64,000 nt of DNA from an uncultured candidate division Zixibacteria bacterium (GTDB lineage: Bacteria > Zixibacteria > MSB-5A5 > RBG-16-43-9), in the NCBI GenBank assembly GCA_963713865.1, contig OY970208.1, positions 1,376,001 through 1,440,000 of the forward strand, given 5' to 3'. Below the pieces are notes generated by a model, which saw only the letters and a program-made list of their open reading frames with translations, made no database searches and had not been told where the DNA came from. The position numbers and the translations under genes were made by a program. Positions 49,663 through 60,025 of this stretch are shown piece after piece (the first letter of the stretch is position 1; every line of letters starts with the position of its first letter).

Positions 49663-50724
49663 TTACTGTCCTTCTTCCAGCGCTTTAGCAAATGCAGGCC
49701 AAAAGGGGTCAACTCTCGGATGCTCTAACGGTTTTTCCCTGCCTTTTTCAACTAAGATTATTCTTTTGCTCTCAGGAATAACCTCGCCCACAACTGAAGC
49801 CGGGATTTTCTTCTGAGAGAGTTTCTTTAAAAGTAAATCTACTTTTTTCTCCTTGCAAGTCAGGATTAAAGTCCCTTCGGATATGGAGGAATAAGGGTCC
49901 ATTCCGAATTTAGAGCAGATTTTTTCCACTTCATCTAAGACGATTATTTTTTCTTTTTCAATTCTCATTCCTACTTTTGAGGCTTTAGCGACTTCGTATA
50001 ACCCTCCCCAGATTCCGCATTCGGTCGCATCGTGCATTGCGGTTACCCCTTTTTCTCTGGTGCCAATTGAGGCAGCGATCAGGGCATCCTCAACCACGGA
50101 CATCATATAAAAAATCTTTTCAGCTCTAAGACTGAATTCTTCACCGAAATATTCTGTGATTCTGTCTTTGAATGCCAGGGCAAAAATACCGGAAGCTTCG
50201 ATAGCAGCGCCTTTAGTGATTACTATCAAGTCACCTTTTTTTGCCATCTGTGGGGTAACATATCTGGATTTTTCTCCAACGCTGATCACAGTTGCCCCGC
50301 CTACCATCGGATAATTGCACCCGGTATATCTGGCAGTATGCCCGCAGACAACAGCGACTCCCATTTTCTTGCATTCGTAATCTATCTTTTTCCAGACTAT
50401 CTCTAACTGTTCTTTGGTCATACTCAAAGGCAGGTTCAGGTCTATCGAGAGGTAGGTGGGTTTTAAACCGGAGGTGACTGCATCTGAGCATAGGATATGA
50501 ATGGCAAACCAGGCTGCCCTTTCAAAACCATATTCCGGAACAATAAATACCGGGTCAGTGGTGATTGCCATCACTTTTCCACCACCTATGTCGATTATGC
50601 CGATATCCACTCCATGCTGTGGTCCAACTAAAACTGATTTCGATTTTTTGCCCAGATGAGGATAGATTAACTCATCGAAGATCTCCGGTGAGATTTTACC
50701 GATATCGGGCAATTGATTAGACAT
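49663..50724 (-). CDS. AIR synthase-related (PurM/HypE/ThiL superfamily) protein
   Basis: 'GKIS', 'GPQHGVD', 'TTDP', 'VCGHT', 'AMHDATECG', 'ISEGTLI'. Confidence 0.85.
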   Translation of the reverse strand: MSNQLPDIGKISPEIFDELIYPHLGKKSKSVLVGPQHGVDIGIIDIGGGKVMAITTDPVFIVPEYGFERAAWFAIHILCSDAVTSGLKPTYLSIDLNLPLSMTKEQLEIVWKKIDYECKKMGVAVVCGHTARYTGCNYPMVGGATVISVGEKSRYVTPQMAKKGDLIVITKGAAIEASGIFALAFKDRITEYFGEEFSLRAEKIFYMMSVVEDALIAASIGTREKGVTAMHDATECGIWGGLYEVAKASKVGMRIEKEKIIVLDEVEKICSKFGMDPYSSISEGTLILTCKEKKVDLLLKKLSQKKIPASVVGEVIPESKRIILVEKGREKPLEHPRVDPFWPAFAKALEEGQ

Positions 50725-50763
50725 TTAAACCTCCAGGTTTTAATTTGATTTTCTCAATGAGAC

Positions 50764-50865
50764 TGTCATTCTGACCCCGCCTTTGGCGGGGGAAGAATCT
50801 GTTTGACTAAGCTAAACAGAGATTCTTCGGTCGTCCACCTTTGGCGGGACATCCTCAGAATGACA
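50764..50865. repeat. GTCATT...AATGAC-type palindromic element inside the riboswitch leader
   Basis: TGTCATTCTGA...TCAGAATGACA ends, GAAGAATCT/AGATTCTTC internal, two nested CCRCCTTTGGCGG hairpins. Confidence 0.75.
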
Positions 50866-50898
50866 AAAAGATAAACCGTTACCTGATTGGTAACGGTT
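50866..50898 (-). terminator. Riboswitch expression-platform terminator
   Basis: Minus strand AACCGTTACC-aatca-GGTAACGGTT-TATCTTTTT. Confidence 0.7.
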
Positions 50899-50919
50899 CG
50901 ATTTTCATCTAATTCATTT

Positions 50920-51015
50920 TTTCCCTCCGCTGGCATTACCCAGATCAGGTTCTTAGGGTTTTCTCTCAGCCTGTCCTCGCCCGCCTTTGAGCGGGAAAAC
51001 AAGCACCCCGGTTTT
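50920..51015 (-). ncRNA. TPP riboswitch (THI element)
   Basis: Minus strand GGGGTGC...GGCTGAGAG..ACCC..GAACCTGATCTGGGTAATGCCAGCGGAGGGAA matches the THI-box consensus. Confidence 0.93.
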
Positions 51016-51174
51016 TAGAGAAAATATGAAAATTTATTTAGCTGTCAAGGATTAATTAATAAAAGTTCAGGGATTTAAGAGACAAGGGAAAATTAAAGAA
51101 GGAAGACGGAAGATAAGAAAAGTGAGAAGTAAGACGGAAAACGAGAGTAGAGCAAGGTTTTGATCTTGTGAAAT

Positions 51175-51515
51175 AGGTAGGGGTGGGATTACCCCGCCTT
51201 ACAAAATATTTCATAAGTTCTATAAGTGCTGTCAGGAAGAAACTCGTAACACCACTGTAATTTATCAGTTGCAGAGCACATGACCTACGAAACTACGAGG
51301 CTGACACACGAGGTTCGTAGCGCGACCCTTTTAGGGTCGCAATGCGAGGCTGAAAGCCTCGCGCTACGATGAACTTGCAATGGCAGCAAACTTTCATGGT
51401 CGAGCCTTGGGGGAGCAGTTTTACGTTACAGAAATCTGAATCCTCTGCTATGCACTATACGTTTGAGAGAGGAAGGATTGCTTCATCTCGCTTTTGGCGG
51501 ACCCACAATGACAAA
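51175..51515. repeat. Intergenic mosaic of REP-like palindromes
   Basis: GTAGGGGTGGG/CCCGCCTTAC; TCGTAGCGCGACCCT..AGGGTCGC..GCGAGGC/GCCTCGCGCTACGA; half GATTGCTTC..AATGACA element. Confidence 0.7.
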
Positions 51516-51664
51516 TGATAGAAAATAAAAGTCGCCAAGGTTAATCTGGGAGCGCTGCTTTACGGATTCAGATGATGATTTCCTCTGGGGGGTGTGATCA
51601 GAGGTCTTGGATCATTCTCTGAATTCCCCCTTGGCGACTTTTTAGTGAAACTATCCTCGGTTAA

Positions 51665-51856
51665 TTATCCGCTAAGCGGATGCGTGGGAGAGGAGAGTTT
51701 CGACTTTGGGCTTTCTGTCTCCCTCATCCAGGAGGGAAGAAAACTTTTCTTCACTCTTCGAATTCTATCCTTATCGGGTTTATTGTTTTTACCGTTGTCC
51801 GGTCCGCCTTTAGCGGGTTCGTCTTTAGATCCTCTGGTTTTCAAACACTGGTCCAT
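51665..51856 (-). CDS. Small hydrophilic hypothetical protein (63 aa, MDQCLKT...)
   Basis: GGAGG-aaag-ATG just after the upstream stop; no homology recognised. Confidence 0.4.
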   Translation of the reverse strand: MDQCLKTRGSKDEPAKGGPDNGKNNKPDKDRIRRVKKSFLPSWMRETESPKSKLSSPTHPLSG

Positions 51857-51882
51857 CTTTCCTCCAGTAGAGAGAGCTTTTT

Positions 51883-53142
51883 TTAAAATCTTAATCCACA
51901 ACCAAGGGATATACCTATACCTTTGCTATCATCTGGCATTAACGCTTTTTTATTAGCTATACCTATATCAAGAAAAACTGCTCCGAAGTCCAAACCGAAA
52001 CCGCCACTTAAAGATAATCCCTCTTTACCTCCAAAAGAGATTCCACTTCTCAGGGGCAAGAAGCTTATTATTTTCAGTTCTGTGCCCAGGGAAAACTTAG
52101 GGGTTTTAGTCACTCCAGGTCCGTTTTCAAAACCCTGTTCCCAGTCAAAAGCAAGTAATATCTTCCTGGCTTTATAGGCAACTCCAGCTTTAGCTATCAA
52201 CGGGAGATGGGTGATAAAAGGGTCGATATCCTTTTCGTAGTCTTCGCTTAAAACTACCGAATCATCATCCGAGTTGGAGAGGTTAAGGGAATCGATCTTG
52301 AATTCGTAGCCTTTTTCCTCTGTTTCCCGGTCCCATTTAATTCTGCTGATGGGATTAGACAGGAATAGACTCAGGGACCATTTCCGGTTTAACCTGGTAG
52401 CTATTCCCAAATCCAATCCATAACCTTTTCCTCCTGTGGCTGAATGAAGGATAAGATCGGACTCGCCTTCGATCTGGTCCTCGTTTACCCTTACTTCTCC
52501 CGAAGCTTTGATTACTTTCTGGTAGATTATCCCCCGGAGGTATTTCAAATTTACACCAATACCGAATTCCTTTTCCCCTTTCCGGTACAAAGATTTTCCA
52601 TAGGACAATGATAAAACACCATAAGCATAGGCTTCACCAGAGGTTCCTTCAAGGCTCATAGTATCATTTGTCTGATTACCCATAAGGAGCAGCTCAAACG
52701 GGTCTTTGGGGAAACTTAAATCCGAGACTCCAGAAGCCCAGGTTACCAAAGATAAAGAACCAATGGATAATCCGAGGGCAGATGCTTCTACCTGGGCATT
52801 CAGGTTTAAGCCGGTAGAGGGGATCAGACTCAAAATTTTATCTTTATCCTCATCTTCCCAGAATTTACCGTTATATTGGTTATAATCGTTTAAGTTGAAA
52901 GCATTGTTCTCAACAAAGACACCTACTGAGAATAAATTCAAGCTGAAGCCACGATTATCTTTAAAAGAAAGATTGGCCGGGTTCCATAGAGGTGCTTCAT
53001 TATCTCTCGCCACTGCAGTATAAGCTCCTCCCAAACCCAGACTGCGTGCATTGGATAATCCCAGGGGAGCCGATTGATCTGTCCAGAGAAGGATTAAAAA
53101 TAAAGCTAAAAATAACGCTTTGATTATCGATTTAGCCCCCAT
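51883..53142 (-). CDS. Outer-membrane beta-barrel protein (DUF5723/TraF/FadL-like)
   Basis: Signal peptide, 'ARSLGLGGAYTAVA...WNPANL', alternating strands, terminal Phe. Confidence 0.8.
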   Translation of the reverse strand: MGAKSIIKALFLALFLILLWTDQSAPLGLSNARSLGLGGAYTAVARDNEAPLWNPANLSFKDNRGFSLNLFSVGVFVENNAFNLNDYNQYNGKFWEDEDKDKILSLIPSTGLNLNAQVEASALGLSIGSLSLVTWASGVSDLSFPKDPFELLLMGNQTNDTMSLEGTSGEAYAYGVLSLSYGKSLYRKGEKEFGIGVNLKYLRGIIYQKVIKASGEVRVNEDQIEGESDLILHSATGGKGYGLDLGIATRLNRKWSLSLFLSNPISRIKWDRETEEKGYEFKIDSLNLSNSDDDSVVLSEDYEKDIDPFITHLPLIAKAGVAYKARKILLAFDWEQGFENGPGVTKTPKFSLGTELKIISFLPLRSGISFGGKEGLSLSGGFGLDFGAVFLDIGIANKKALMPDDSKGIGISLGCGLRF

Positions 53143-55141
53143 TTTTTACCTCCAGTTCTAAATGTGAATTTATCTGGATATAATCTGTAACTAAAAACTT
53201 GACTTTTTGACCATTAGTTCCCTGAAAAGTGATTTTTCCTCCAGAACAGAAGGTTGGATTCTGGAAAACATTTAAATCGTCTTTAGTTAATTGAATTATA
53301 TTTTCAGTGATTACCGGATTTGTAACTAGTCCGGAACTGTCGGTTTCAGCCGGATCGAGTAAGACCGGACCTACTAAAAGTTGTGGATTAGTATATAAAT
53401 TATCTGAATTCCGGCTGAAAAATAGCTCAACTTTTGCTCCCAGGGGAAGGTGATTTTCCAGATTAAGATAGACCTTTGCCCAGTTGACCTTGTCGTTTAA
53501 TCCATCTCTTAAGTCTTCATCCAGTGAATTCGTATCCGGATCAACTTCGATCTGGGTTGAGTCCAGAACAAATTCAAAGGGGGAACTTAAAAGGAATTCC
53601 CCGGTTATGAAATCGTTTTCCGTTACCGAACCTGCACTTCTTCCATCTCCGCAGATTGCATTTCCATTCAGAAACACCTGTTCCGGGACCGGGTTAAGAA
53701 AACTACCTGGATTATTTTCTCTAATCTCGGTGATTACCGGATTTTCAGGTGAGCCTGGCTGAATTCCTCCACTTATTATGAGGGATTGACCATCTTCACC
53801 CGCAAGATTCAAATCTAAAGAGCCGGGAAAACCAACTCCGTTTTTAATCCTCAAACTTAGCACAGCATCAGTTAAAGAAACAGAAGAGAGTCCCTGGGGA
53901 AGGTCTAAATTTATCTGCATTGGCTCTATCTGAACAGTAGTTGGCTGGATTATGCCCGACAGAGCAGAGAAAAATAGCGTGTCTGTATAGACAGAGAAAG
54001 AGATCGAGTCTGAGCTGCTTATGCTCACTAAGTTTTCTCCACTGCCTTCAGTCTGGCCACTTATCTCTATTCTGAGATTCTGTTCTGACGGCTGGAAATC
54101 ATAACCCTGTAGCGGGATGGAAATCTCCAAACTGTTCAAAGCTTCGATATATCTGGATAAACCAAAAGGTTCACCAGATGAAGTTAAGTTTGGCAAGATG
54201 ATATTAAGATTTGCCGGGAGATTGGTCCCGTTATAGAGCTGTAAGTATAGGTTGCCGGATTTAATCTGAGCCAAGTGAATGATATTTTCGGTTGGAAGCT
54301 CAACTGTCTGGCTCTTCGATAAATTTATAGCTGGAACCCTGGCAATTGCAGAGTGTACTACTACGGTCTCCGGAAAACAAAGGCTGAAGCCAATATATTT
54401 ATCTGCCAGGCTGAGGATGGTTCCACCAGGGGTATGACCTTTATTATTTCCTGAAAATCTGGAAGAAAAAGATTTCTCTGAGAGATTAAAATCTCTTATG
54501 GCGGAGCTGTCCTGCGGTATTCCAGACTCAAAGACCACAGTGCCTATGGAGGTACCAGAAGCTGAATCTATCAATTCTACGGAGAATGAATCTAGATCTA
54601 ATCCTAAATGGTTTTCCGCTTTCAGCCGGGCTATACCTCTTTTTATGGCTACTTCCTGAAGGTCATTTAACTCTGGAAAATTTAGATCTATGTTGAAACT
54701 AAAGGGAGGAACTGAGCCTTCGCCTCCAGGATAAATCTCGGATAGAAAGACCTCTGAGCTCTGAGTATCAGAGGAGATAAAAGGTATCTCCCCTATGGTA
54801 TCCTTGAAAATATCAGACAAGGGAGAAAGGTCTAAATTTTCCCTTACATAGATGGTATCGATATCTTTTTGAATCGATATTCCCAGGTTCCCTGAAGAAT
54901 CGATTATCAGAGAAGGATCGTCGATTTTATCAAACAGAGTTCGCATATCATAGGTTTTTACCAATAGAGGGAGATTGTAACGGCTGTTCCAGGTCGGAGC
55001 GGAAGGTTTTTTAACTGAACACTGCACCAGGGTCAGAAAGATCAGAAAAAAGATAATCCCGCACAAGCTCCAGAAAACCCAGCTTACTAACTTGTCTAAA
55101 AAACTTTTTTCTCCTCTTCTTCTCATTGTTTTAGCCCCCAT
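53132..55141 (-). CDS. Large beta-rich putative lipoprotein
   Basis: Hydrophobic stretch ending LVQC, then 'PSAPTW'; 'ENHLPLG' motifs; overlaps the downstream barrel gene. Confidence 0.65.
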   Translation of the reverse strand: MGAKTMRRRGEKSFLDKLVSWVFWSLCGIIFFLIFLTLVQCSVKKPSAPTWNSRYNLPLLVKTYDMRTLFDKIDDPSLIIDSSGNLGISIQKDIDTIYVRENLDLSPLSDIFKDTIGEIPFISSDTQSSEVFLSEIYPGGEGSVPPFSFNIDLNFPELNDLQEVAIKRGIARLKAENHLGLDLDSFSVELIDSASGTSIGTVVFESGIPQDSSAIRDFNLSEKSFSSRFSGNNKGHTPGGTILSLADKYIGFSLCFPETVVVHSAIARVPAINLSKSQTVELPTENIIHLAQIKSGNLYLQLYNGTNLPANLNIILPNLTSSGEPFGLSRYIEALNSLEISIPLQGYDFQPSEQNLRIEISGQTEGSGENLVSISSSDSISFSVYTDTLFFSALSGIIQPTTVQIEPMQINLDLPQGLSSVSLTDAVLSLRIKNGVGFPGSLDLNLAGEDGQSLIISGGIQPGSPENPVITEIRENNPGSFLNPVPEQVFLNGNAICGDGRSAGSVTENDFITGEFLLSSPFEFVLDSTQIEVDPDTNSLDEDLRDGLNDKVNWAKVYLNLENHLPLGAKVELFFSRNSDNLYTNPQLLVGPVLLDPAETDSSGLVTNPVITENIIQLTKDDLNVFQNPTFCSGGKITFQGTNGQKVKFLVTDYIQINSHLELEVKNGG

Positions 55142-55184
55142 AGATGAAAGTTAAATTTTTATTGATTGTAACGATTATATTTTA

Positions 55185-55200
55185 TGCAACAATTGTGCCA
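55185..55200 (-). promoter_or_regulatory. sigma54 (-24/-12) promoter
   Basis: Minus strand TGGCAC-AATTG-TTGCA, exact TGGCAC-N5-TTGC, about 45 nt upstream of 55141. Confidence 0.8.
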
Positions 55201-55652
55201 GAAGAAAGCTAAATATGCCAAATATTTGGTGAGGAGTAACCTCTTTCAAATAAACGGATTAGAGGTTAAACCCTGATTGAGTGCAAAACGGATTTATCAA
55301 ATAGTTATCTCCATCAGTTAAAAATGTGGGAGAAAGTCAATAGTTTATTGGGGAAATGCAAGTTGAAAGCAATTACGGATGACGAATGATGGATGATGAA
55401 ATAATGATAAGAAAGACTGCTCTATCCTAATTTATCATCAGGACCCAAAATCGTGGATCCATAGTATTGGTTTACTCCAACGAAGTTGAACATAAAGATA
55501 TTGGTTAGGAGACCAACGTCCAGCAGGATATGTTTAGAATTCAATTAAAAAACTCTTTACAAAGAAGAAAGATAAATATATAATAAACTGATGTTTTGGA
55601 TAACTTAGAGTGGCATCAAGGTTAATTCTTTAAAACTCTTTTGATCAGGTAG

Positions 55653-58600
55653 ATGGGAAGAGAGCTTTTCTTAGGAATCGATATCGGCTCAGTCTCGGTT
55701 AAGATTGTCCTTTTATCTCCGGTAGGGGCAATTTCCGAATGGATCCATACTGGACATGAATTGCTCCTACAAAGAGGGGATACTTCAAAGCAAATAATTT
55801 ATCATTCTTATACCCGTCATGAAGGACAGCCCTATAAGGTCCTTTTTGACCAGCTTCAAAAACTATTTCATAATTACGACTACAGAGAGATAAAAGGAGT
55901 TGCCACGACCGGTACAGGGGGAAAGCTTGCGGCTGAGCTCCTGGGGAGTAAGTTTGTCAACGAGGTTATCTCTCAGGTTAAAGCTACTTCTTTTCTTTGT
56001 CCTGAGGTAAGATCAATAATCGAGATGGGGGGAGAGGATTCCAAACTCCTTTTGCTCAAAGAAGATAGTAATTCCGGTGCCCTTTTATTAGATGATTTCT
56101 CTATGAATACCCTGTGTGCGGCTGGAACTGGCTCTTTTTTGGACCAGCAGGCAAAAAGGTTAAATATAAATATTGAAAATGAGTTTAGCCAGTTAGCTCT
56201 TAAATCAAAAAATCCACCCCGGATTGCTGGAAGGTGCAGTGTCTTTGCTAAATCGGATATGATTCACCTTCAGCAGATAGCTACTCCGGATTATGATATT
56301 GTGGCAGGGCTGTGTTATGCTATGGCCAGGAATTTTAAATCGAGCATTGCCCGGGGTAAAGAATTAAGAAAAAAAATATCGTTTCAGGGTGGTGTAGCAG
56401 CCAATTCAGGGATGGTTAGAGCTTTCCAGGATGTCTTTGAACTGGATGTAGATGAGTTAATCATTCCGCAGTTTCATTCAGAGATGGGCGCAATAGGTTC
56501 AGCTCTGAGCCTTTTAGAAGATGGAAGAGAAGAAGCTGATTTTAAAGGTTTAAATAGACTGAGTGAATATCTCTCCACACCCAGGAATCGTAAGGGAAAA
56601 GAGAAACTTCATTTCAACTATCCTGAAACTAAATATTACTCTCAAACTTCAGCTTTTCAAGTACCAGAGGGGAAAGATATTCCAGCTTATCTGGGGATTG
56701 ATGTGGGCTCTTTGTCCACTAATGTTGTGGTGATTGATGAAGATAACATGGTGCTCTCCAGAACGCTATCTAATGACCGAAGGGAGACCGATTGAGGCGG
56801 TAAGAAGAGGGTTAGAAGAGGTGGGGAATGAAATTGGAGATAGGGTGAAAATTTTAGGAGCAGGTACTACTGGCTCAGGCAGGTACCTGATTGGTGATTT
56901 TATAGGGGCAGACATCGTACACAACGAGATAACCGCCCAGGCAAGAGCAGCAATTGAGTTCGATCCCGAAGTAGATACCATCTTTGAGATAGGGGGACAG
57001 GATTCTAAATATATAAGCTTAGAAAACGGCATCATAGTTGATTTCGAGATGAATAAGGTCTGTGCTGCTGGAACAGGCTCCTTTTTGCAGGAACAGGCAG
57101 AAAAGTTAAATATAAAAATCGAAGAGGAGTTTGGGAAGTTAGCCCTGCAGGCCGATTATCCGGTAAACTGCGGCGAGAGATGCACGGTATTTATGGAATC
57201 AGACCTGAATGCTCATCAGCAAGCAGGCGTGAATAAAGATGATTTAGTCGCCGGGCTGGCTTATTCTATAGTCTTTAATTATCTGAATAAAGTAGTTGGG
57301 AAGAAAAGAATCGGGAATAAGATTTTCTTCCAGGGTGGGGTTGCCTGGAATGAAGGGGTGGTTTCAGCTTTCGAGAAAGTCCTGGGTAAAGAAATTGTCG
57401 TGCCACCTCATCACGATGTCACCGGGGCAATAGGGGTGGCTATCTTAGCTAAAGAAAGGAATGATACTGGAAAGACTAATTTCAAAGGGTTCGACCTTTC
57501 AACCAGAAAATATGAGATAGAGACTTTTGAATGTCAGGATTGTGCCAATCATTGCGAGATAAAAAAAGTTTCAGTGGAAAGGGAGAAACCTCTTTTTTAC
57601 GGGAGCAGGTGTGAAAAATACGATTTAGAGAAAAGAAGCTCTAAAAAATCTGATCTTCCAGATCTATTTGAGGTAAGGGATAGAATTCTTTTATCATTAC
57701 ATCAGGAGTTTACTCCTAAACTTGAGAAAAAAGGGGAAATCGGTATTCCAAGAGCTCTTTTCTTTTACGAGTATTTCCCCTTCTGGGCAACTTTTTTTGG
57801 GAACTTAGGGTATGAGGTGATCTTATCAGACAGGACTTCCAAGCGGATTATTCGTCAGGGGGTGGAAACAGTTTTAGCTGAAACCTGTTATCCAATAAAA
57901 GTTGCTTTTGGACATATTCAAAATCTTTTAGAGAAGAAAGTCGATTACATCTTTTTCCCCAGCCTGATTAACCTGAAGAAAGATGATCCAGACTCAGAGA
58001 GCTATTCCTGCCCTTATGTTCAGGCTTTTCCTTATATCCTTAAAGCTACATATGACTTTGAGCAGAAGGGGATAAAGCTTCTTTCGGCTCCGGTTCACTT
58101 CCAGAGAAGGAAAGGAGCTTTGTTAAAAGAACTGGTCGAACTATGCAAGGACTTGAAGGTCAAGAGATCATTACTTAATACAGCTTTTAATAAAGCAGAG
58201 GCTTGTCAAAATGAATTCTACAGGAGAATCCGTTCATGCGGAGAGGAGATACTGAAAGATTTGAAAGGAAGAAATACACTGGTGGTGCTGGGAAGACCTT
58301 ATAATACCTGCGATCCTCTCTTGAGCTTAGAGCTTTCTAAGAAATTAAAAGAATTAAGATGTTTAAGTCTGCCTTTAGATTTTCTTCCTTTGAAATCATC
58401 CGCATATAATTCCATCATGCAGAATATGTACTGGAAATATGGGCAGAAAATCTTAGCGGCCACAGAATTTATCAAGAAAACTCCAGGGCTTTTCCCGGTC
58501 TATGTGACCAATTTCGGATGCGGTCCTGATTCCTTTATCCTTCATTTTTTCAAATACAGTCTGGGCAAGAAACCTTTTCTTCAATTAGAATTAGATGAAC

Positions 58601-59964
58601 ATTCTGCAGATGCAGGGATCATCACCCGGTGTGAGGCTTTCTTAGATAGCCTTGGAGGTTATAAGGAAGATAGAAAGAGTCTCCCCGTACAAGCACCATA
58701 CCTGTCCCCCAATGGTCATAAAAAAGTCTTATATATACCTTATATGGCTGAGCACGCTTTTGCTATAAAAAGTGCCTTTATAGCCTGCGACATAAAAGCG
58801 GAAGTTATGCCAGAGTCGGATGAGAAGACTTTGATTTTAGGACGAAAATATACCTCTGGAAAAGAATGTTATCCCTGTATCCTGACCACAGGAGATATAG
58901 TCAAATTAGTCCAGAGTCCGGATTTCGACAGAGATAGATCAGCGATTTTTATGCCCCAGGCAGATGGTCCCTGCAGGTTCGGGCAATATCAGAATCTCCA
59001 GCGGATAATCCTGGATGAATTAGGTTATAGGGATATCCCCATTTGTTCTCCGAATTCGAAAGACTCCTATAGTCAGATTCTGAATTTAGATGACAATTTC
59101 AGACGGGTTGCCTGGAAAGGTATAGTGGTAGTTGATATTCTAAACAAACTTTTGTGGAAAACCCGTCCTTATGAGTTAAACCAGGGAGAGAGTGAAAAAA
59201 GATATGGAGAAGGACTGGAGGAAATCTGCCAGGCATTAGAAGGAAAAAAGGACTTGGAAAAGCTCTTAGAACATATCCAGAATGTTTTTTCACAGATTAA
59301 GGTAGAAAAAGATGGCAGAAAACCTTTGATCGGGGTAGTCGGGGAGATATATATCAGAACCAATCGGTTTTCCAATCACGATGTAGTAAAAAAGATAGAA
59401 GAGTTGGGAGGAGAGGTAAGGGTGGCTCCGATGGCAGAGTGGTTTTTCTATACCAACTTTATGTATAAGAAGATGAGTTTGGCTGAGAAAAGGTACGGAG
59501 AGTATCTGAAGGCAATACTCAAAGACCGGGTTCAGAAAAAAGATGAAGAGATTTTGTATGAAAAGTTAAAAATACTCTTAGAGGGAGAGCATGAGCTTCC
59601 AATAGAAAAAATCATAGAACTTGCCAGTCCTTATCTGCACTTCACCTTTGGAGGTGAAGCTATACTTTCAGTGGGGAAGTCAATAGATTTTATTAAAAAA
59701 GGATTTTGTGGGGTGGTAAACACGATGCCTTTTACCTGTATGCCGGGGACTATCGTTACAGCCATTGCCAAAATAATCCGGGAAAAATATCATAACTTCC
59801 CCTGGCTGGATATGGCCTATGAAGGATTAGAGGATTCAAATGAGTTAACCCGCCTGGAAGCATTTATGTATCAGGCAAAGGAGATGCAGAAAAAAACGTT
59901 TAATCCGCCTTTGGCGGACAAAGGTTTAAAGGTTCAAGGAGTTATAAATAAAACCTCTCCCTGA
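55653..59964 (+). CDS. 2-hydroxyacyl-CoA dehydratase activator-like multidomain protein (2x BadF/BcrA/D ASKHA ATPase + DUF2229), split by a +1 frameshift near 56762
   Basis: 'GIDIGSVS', 'EMGGEDSK', 'CAAGTGSFL' twice, 'RCSVF'/'RCTVF', 'CYPIK', 'FGCGPD', 'GPCRFG'; deleting one A gives VLSRRYLMTEG (1436 aa). Confidence 0.88.
55722..55770. repeat. GTAG-type REP inserted within the activator CDS
   Basis: GTAGGGGCAATT...CATG-AATTGCTCCTAC with a nested 21-nt ATGGATCCAT-containing insert. Confidence 0.75.
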
Positions 59965-59979
59965 CCCTCTACTTTCCTC

Positions 59980-60025
59980 CGGTGGCTATGAGCCCGCCCT
60001 TTGGGCGTCAAGCGTAGTCTCCGTT
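59980..60025. repeat. Dispersed structured repeat, copy 2
   Basis: Matches 21767-21830 with a shortened central hairpin. Confidence 0.7.

Noticed and set aside
49663-50724. hypE or thiL gene symbol
   Set aside because: Lacks the HypE terminal PRIC and hydrogenase context; not clearly ThiL
50766-51002. 78-aa ORF
   Set aside because: Spans the riboswitch, terminator and a palindromic repeat; likely spurious
21862-59964. comF, amidase and activator as independent pseudogenes or programmed ribosomal frameshifts
   Set aside because: No other decay, identical motif at each break, different codon phases and no slippery run
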